Source: Macrostomum lignano
Lineage: Eukaryota
DNA length: 54,457 nucleotides
Direction: 5' to 3'
Assembly: GCA_002269645.1 (NCBI GenBank)
Contig: NIVC01004217.1
Coordinates: forward strand, 1 to 54,457
The position numbers and the translations under genes are program-made. Of the stretch, positions 47,591 through 54,457 are shown one piece after another. The notes beneath the pieces were generated by a model. It worked only from the letters and a program-made list of their open reading frames with translations. It did no database searches and was not told where the DNA came from. How positions within the stretch are numbered: the stretch's first letter is position 1; each line of letters starts with the position of its first letter.

Positions 47591-48268
47591 CGGGAAAACG
47601 TTGTGGGCTTATTATTATACTGCTTCCAGGGAGGTTAGGCAAATTAAGTCTTAATTTTTGTATTCTAAGACAATGACGGAGAGGAAATGCTTTAGAGTAT
47701 AAAAAATTCTGAATCTCACATCTGAATCTCCTATCCTCTGATCGGAACCAGGTCTATCTTCCAACATGAACATCCTTTCCTCTCAACTGAAACCCTCGAG
47801 TCCGAGTCAATAAGGCTACAGGCCAAGCAGGGTGCCATTAGTTAGTGTGGGCAGTTACATTTTCAATCTCCCCAGCCAAGCCTAAAGTGCTGCTATAAAT
47901 GGGATAATGAGTGCATGGCGGGATGGGTCACTGCTATTGCTTATGGTTAACACGTAACAAAAGTAAAAGACAAAAATGTGTATATCACGATTACTAGTTC
48001 CACTTTTATTATACTTTCGCGCTATCTTTGAAGCAGTATGCAAATATACTATTGGCATAGCGGGCGTCTAAACGCAGGCTAACATAAGAGAACTGACAAA
48101 TTGCAGTGAGTGTCAAAGTGTAGTACAACGAAAAGGGACAAAAGTAAGACGCATATGCGCCTCTCGCTGCAACGACAGGCGACTGCATATAAATGCATGA
48201 AATATTAAGTAATACAAACGAGAGAATAAAACACATTCAAGAAAGTTGCTCGTAGTTATAAATTTCAA

Positions 48269-48560
48269 TCAGTGAAGCAAATATCTAAAATTGTTAACAG
48301 AAGTATAAAAGAAAAATGAACAAGAAAAAATGGTGCTCAGTTAGCCGATTCTAAAAGTGAATCGTGGATCCCCTGAGCCACGAAGAGGCCGAACACCGTT
48401 CAGGGGGTTAATCCATAGTTCACTTTGCAGAGCAAAACAAATTCCACAGCACAGTAAACAGTGCACAGCGGTCTTTTGCAGCATTGAACTAAGGATCAAT
48501 CCCGCCACTAAGAGCGGGAAGCCACAGCAAGAAATGCAAAGCGGCCAGCTTTTTGAAAGC
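48269..48560. repeat. 292-bp direct repeat, copy 2 (3' of the KDZ gene)
   Basis: Near-identical to 44289-44580; starts ~105 bp after the KDZ stop codon. Confidence 0.95.
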
Positions 48561-48665
48561 TGAAATACTGCTTACTTTGGTAGGCTGTAAACTTTACAGT
48601 AAATTTCTAAGAGAAATCGGTATACGTTTATAAACTGGTTTAGAATTTCATGTAAACAAGCTAGT

Positions 48666-51526
48666 TTACATCCGAAATATGATTATCCTATGGATAACAG
48701 TTTCAAGTAATCGAGTTTCGGAATTAAATACTATCAATCCATTCTTCATCTGACTCAGACTGCTCACGACTTGATTCAACGTCTGAATGACTCGGGCTTC
48801 AACGTCATCTGGCTGATTTACGTTGGTACCAGCGTCGTTTGGATGCTGCGCATCAGCAGCAGCAGCTTCAATGCTTGCGTCAATGTGATCAAAGCGAAGA
48901 GCTTGAAGTTGCTTTAAAATAGTCTGAAAGAGGCATCGAAACTGGGCTGGCAATCCAGGTTGATGATGGAGTGTTTCACAGTGCTGTTCAAGTTTAATTT
49001 GAACGTCACGCCACTCTTGCACAATAATGATCTTTTCCTCCGCTAGACGATTCAGCTTGTGATACAAGTCAACCACCCGTCGCTTGAACCTCTCAGACAC
49101 ATCGATCGAAAGACCGAAGTAGAAGTCTGACTGGAAGTCGCGAAGCTGAATCATAGTGGGCACGCGAAGGCCTGGCGGAAGCGAGGCGGGCGCGCCATTC
49201 GAATGTCTGCATTTAAAGCCGCAACCTTGCGTAGAACATGCTCGATTTTCTTTTTGTCCATCTGAGCAGCCACTCTGACGGATCCAATAGAATCGTTCCA
49301 AAGCAAGTGCCTTAAGCTTTGCGTAAGGTTCCCTGCTCAATGGAGAGTCGCTATTGGGATTTATGGCTTCTGCATGCCATTGTTGAGCAAGATTTAAAAT
49401 GGCTACCTCAGAGATTGCAGGAATAGTTAATTTGTTGTTCCGCATCAAATCGCCAGCTTGTAGAAGCAATTGCTCCATTTCAGCTGAACAAGACGCGGCT
49501 GTGCGAGTTATTAGTTTTAATCGAGCAGAAAACCAATTGGAGGCGTACAACAACTGATTAGCATTGAAGCAATGCAAAATGTAAGACATACAAGCACTTC
49601 TGCGATCGGACCGCATGTACTTTAAGCTTTTACCAAACGGTCGTAGTGCAGACCAAGCGCGCTCCGTATTCTCCCGTCGCAAAGACCCGCTCCAGGAGTT
49701 ACCCGCACGGAGTACTTTAGTTGGCATTGTCTCTCGGCCCAGCACATGAAAGGCGTTCACAGCGCACGTGACACTGTTAAGCTGTACACCAGATGCTGAC
49801 ACCATGGACTTGACACGATTGGAAATGCGACAACCTGATTTTAGGAAAAAGTTTTAAATGAATAAATAATTGAGCTTCGTGTCGCAGTACGCATGCACGT
49901 ACATAAGTAAGCACAAGCATAAGTAAGCACACACTATAAGTGTATAGTGTAAATAAGTGCAGCATGATAGAAACACGATAAAAATCAACTCACCAACATC
50001 ATAGATAAAAATGAGATCCTTTGAGACGGGCTGTGTCATTAGGTAATGACGAAGAGTCTGTTCTGGATAGCACAGGCCCTCACCAGCTGTAATAATGTTG
50101 CAACCTGTCAGAAGCCTGTTATGCCGGCAAAATAAGCCAAAGAAACCGTTGACATCGTGCTTGCTGGCCCTGATCACGGGTTTTTCTGTTCCAGCCTTCC
50201 AGTTAGTGCAGCCTTCTGCAGACACTTGTGTCGTAGGAGGCGGTACAGTTGCTGGTTCTACATGAATAAGCGGTGACGGCAATGAGCGTTCAGAATCTGG
50301 CACTAGACGTTGCTTCGAACCCATACTTTGTAGTCTTCGCCATCCAAATAGAGCATCAGCACAAACTACAGACTTCCGACTTGAATTTTGGTCAGGACAC
50401 AAAAGACAACTAGCAGGCCAGCTTGCTGAACACCTCTGCAACTCTCGAAACCGCAGTAGGACTCCATTACGCTGCAATCTCTGATACACTCGATCGGCTA
50501 AACCAGGGTTCCAGCGACCTTGTCCTACGACGGAGCCTTTGAAAAGACAGGTAATTGCACGAGACAGTGGCAGTTGACCGTCAAAGCACAAGGAGTCAAG
50601 AGTTGATAGAAAGCTAATTGAAAAAAATGTTAACAATTCGCCAACGCGTGACTCGCTTCCAGGAAAGTATCCTTTTGCTAGCATGGCATCAACTTTATCA
50701 CAGGATTGGCACGTATAAATTCTGGCGCAAACAATTCCGTTGATGTCAATAATCTGAATTTCGGATGATGTTGTAAACTCAGAAGACAAGCTTGATTCGC
50801 TACAGCAGAATAGAGAGACAGGCTCTTCTTCTTGAATGTCTTCAAACATTAGCGATTGAGCCTAGGAAAAAGGGTTAAATTTTGTATGCGGTGTTATAAA
50901 AATATTATTCCGTACTAAGGCTATTAGCATTCTAAATACTTTTGTTTCACGTCAAATTTAATACAGCGTTATACTGCCAAATAGGCGTCATTGTTTTCTT
51001 CACAGTAAACTAATATCCTTAGAAATTGCAATTTAGATTTTAAAACAACTTACATTCCACTGGAGGAACTTGTGAGCAGCAAAATTTCCATGCGTTATCT
51101 TTTTACAATCACTGCAGACATCGTACTGACAATGAACGCATCGGAAAACTCCAGGCTGCATGTCGCAACGAACACAGCATTTTAACTCGAATGACTGTTT
51201 ATAACCGGCAGTGTAACTTTCCACAATGGCCGTGTAGTCTTCCCATTCCGTGAATTTAGGCGGCTGTTCAAACTTATTACTAATCTGTTCAGGCATAGAG
51301 TCATGGTTTCCTGCACCCAGATCTTGTGAAAGACTGCCGCCAGTGACTGTGGAACACGAGGAAGCCGTGGCAATCGATGTAGTACTTTCCAATGCATTGC
51401 ATTAGACGTTCGCAATATCCTTGGCCTTCCGCGTTGGCCAGTCATCAGTACTACTTCAGATTGTCTTTTCTCGATTTCGCATTTAGTTTTCTTGACGAAA
51501 TCATTGCTGAAATTCGTGAGGATCAT
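48666..51526 (-). CDS. KDZ (Kyakuja-Dileera-Zisupton) transposase gene with AT-hook-like, B-box-like and CxC cysteine clusters; exons 51526-51054, 50861-49994, 49834-48666; contains frame lesions
   Basis: GRPR; CVRC..FRCVHC..CSDC..H..H..WN; IIDINGI..C..C..GYFP; CLLCP..CADALFG; GFFGLFCRH..GE..YP; YDVG|C spliced across intron 2; FH..G(H)..CQLKYS..GAG..DGE..ERAWS recovered through two compensating shifts. Splice phases 0 and 1 match. Confidence 0.85.
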
Positions 51527-54349
51527 TCTGAATTGTATATTACATCATATGCTAAGCTCAAAAGGTGTTTATCTATATCAGTGTCTTTTTAGAGCAGGTG
51601 CTTAGCCATCTGCTCAGCCACCTGCAAGGCAACCTGCTCAGGCATTGCAGCTCAGGCAGTGGCTGGCTTGGAGCATCAGCTGATTTGATTAAAGTTGATT
51701 AAAATCTAGCAGATTTATAGTCTATAATTTGTTATCCATAGCCATATTGCATTGAGTTGTGTTTATAAGTATATAATAAGCAGCTTAAATTATTATTTGG
51801 TGTAATTGGGATGCTTTGGAATATGTTTTCTAAATTTTCCACTTCATCTTGTATTCTTGATTGTTGTATTTTCTTACAAGTCTTTTCTGGGTCCTTATGT
51901 CTATGAAAAAGGGTAGGCCTACCTGCATATAGTGGCTCTTTGATTTTAATTTATAAATTTTAGATGTATACATTTTTTGTTTTAATAGTTGCAGTTTAAT
52001 GAGCCACAACACAAATGCCCACAAAGTTTTTATCAGTTTTATTTTATTTGGAATATTCCAATAAATTATAATATATAAATATATATTATTTATCCTAACA
52101 AAAAGAATTCTATATGAATATTATATTTACATATTTATAGTCACAGAATCATGCACTGAAAAAGTTCTTCTTAGGCTTGATAACAATATAGAAACAATAG
52201 AAACTAATAGATAAAAGTCTTAAATAACATTTATCATTTTTGATATTCTGTTTTTTAATTTGACTAAGAACATCTAAAGAAATCATACTTTTTTATTAGA
52301 ATATTTAAACTTATTTAAAGGCAACAAAGGTACAAAAGAATAGGCAGCCTTATGGTCATAACATTATGGTTTTAACTTTTTTCTGTCAATTCACTAACTT
52401 TGAATTACCAATAGATTAAAAATTTAATAGATTATATGGCCATTAATGTTTATATCTAATTATGCAAATACTATATAATTTTATCTATAGTTTGTTTCAA
52501 TCTTCCAAAGCTTTTTATTTGTTTTCAAAAGGTACACAAAGTTAATGATGTCTTTTGCTAAAAAAATGTCCAATTTTTTATAAAAATAGCTTTTTGCCAA
52601 CTGATATTATACTAATCCAACATTTTACCATTCATTTTTGGCATTTGTTATTTGTCCAATGACTGGACAAATAGCCTTTTTGCTATTTGTCTGCTTAAAT
52701 TGCTAACACAAGTATCTGTTTGTTTTATGATGAATATTCTAAATTTTTAAGACCTTTTCTTGTATATTAATTAATATTTTCTTATACTATGTTAGCAAAG
52801 CAATGTATTCAATTGGCATAATTTTGTATATAAGACACACTAGTATAACAACATAATAAACTAATAATCAAGATACAAATAAGAAGTCTTTAAAGTCTAG
52901 GAATATTTATCCTTGTAGTTTCTATGAAATAGATTTTTTAGCATTATTAATTTAATTGGACAAATAACAAAATGTCTATTTGTCCAGTATTAACTAGATG
53001 AATAGAAAGCATGGTCATAATCCAGTAACTGCGACAAATAACAATTGCCTTTATTTTTAGATTGTATGCTAGTATAGGCTTATATTATACATAAAGAACA
53101 TTTGGCAGAAAAATTAGCTAGCAAGGCAATGGTGAGCAAAATATTGACTTTTTACTATTTTCCAAATATGTCTATCTTATCTGGCTGGAATGAGCCACCT
53201 GACATAGGCCCTACTCACTATATATTCCACTCTTGACTCCAAGGTGCATATAGGAAAACATTATTTAAGTGTAAGGTGTGCGGTGAAAAATACAAAGTGG
53301 GACTGTAGCCTAAGAGCAATGCTGTTACCTAGCTATTTAAGAAGTAGTACTTCAACCAACCTGCTGTCTAGCAACAAATGAGATCTACTGTCACTGACAT
53401 ATGACAAGCATATCTAGGTCCCTAGGATGCTTAAAATTCTTAATACTCTGGTCACAGTTGCTGTGTCACTGTCACAGATTCATCAGTTAATTCATCACAA
53501 ATAAGCCCTCAAATCTCTAGAAGGTATTCATTTGAAGTAGCCAGGATCACCATATTATTTTTTGTTATTGGCCCTTGCTCTATGCACTGGCCTACAAACT
53601 TGAAGGTCTATATTATATTATTACACAATCTAAATATACTAAATCTCTAAGGTTTGTTGTATGCTTGAATGAATGTCCATAATGCTCTAGTTGTATAACT
53701 AAATTCATGCAAATATATATCTAGATTTGAAAGGCCTTCTCGTCTCAATTTCAGCACAAAAAGTGCCAGGAATCAGGTCGACAGGTCATTCGCAAGTCAG
53801 TTTCATCACATACTACTATTGTATCAATATTTACACAAACTACACGTCACAATTTACACAATGATGTATGACAAAAAATTACATATATTACAAACTACAC
53901 GTCACAATTTACACAAATATTTACACAATAATTAATATATTACAAAAAAGCTATGCGATTAGCGAATACGTGGCTACACACACATCAGCCATAGCTTTTA
54001 TGATAGCTAGAAGAAAAAATTATTGCCGATGTAACGCATCAGCTATGGTAAACAAAGAAACACTAGAACTAATGACGCAGCGCGAGAAAAATCTGTTTTA
54101 GATTGCGGCTGTTAGTTTGTTCACATAAGATAGGCATATTAAGTATTATTAAAATAAAATGCAAATACAATAAATAAACGTATTTTTTTCTCCTAAAACA
54201 GAACCCACCGAGGCATTAGTTTTTTTTATCAATAAATTATTACATTTGTTATACTACAGAATAAATTTCCGTCGGTCTAAGCCAAGTGTAATAACTAGCG
54301 CAACGATCCCTAAATCATCGCTAGTGACGCTTGGAACCCCAAATCAACT

Positions 54350-54457
54350 CAAGAAGGCCCAAACCAGCCCTAGGAAGCTCAAAACTAGCCCTGGAAAGCT
54401 CAAACTAGCGCCTGGAAAGCTCAAATTGGCGCGCGGAAAGCTCGAATTGGCGCCGGA
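54350..54457. repeat. ~21-bp degenerate tandem repeat running off the window end
   Basis: ggaagctcaaaactagccct-like units. Confidence 0.75.

Noticed and set aside
44160-54457. TIRs or TSD delimiting the KDZ-SET element
   Set aside because: I found no inverted match between the 44160-44300 region and the 51600-54457 region. The ends remain undefined and the right end may lie outside the window.

Overview
This is repeat-dense eukaryotic (metazoan) DNA with spliceosomal introns. The style (Ala/Ser-rich GC-rich exons, RTE-clade elements with TTG tails) suggests the flatworm Macrostomum, but that is inference only. Host genes: a complete two-exon SARAF/TMEM66 gene (30789-31686, +), the last two exons of a RasGRP-like gene (EF-hand + C1; 34880-35691, +), and 3' exons of a DLK/LZK (MAP3K12/13)-like kinase (42384-43934, -). 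Mobile DNA: a spliced Helitron2/Helentron-type RepHel gene with AT-hook and OTU domains and one frameshift (255-7697, -); an intact two-exon PHD-FLYWCH-MULE transposase (11357-13428, -); BEL/Pao and RTE-clade fragments; a hAT-type MITE with an 8-bp TSD; tRNA-derived SINEs; a Gypsy 5' LTR with PBS and a pol remnant, carrying a TSD-flanked 300-bp insertion; and many tandem repeats and long hairpins. The most unusual region is 44289-51526 (-). A three-exon KDZ (Kyakuja-Dileera-Zisupton) transposase gene is followed in tandem by C2H2 zinc fingers and an apparently intact SET8/PR-Set7-like (H4K20-type) methyltransferase domain. Both genes are followed by the same 292-bp direct repeat, and the block appears to sit in an intron of the kinase gene. 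All family assignments come from motif recognition by eye; no database searches were run.
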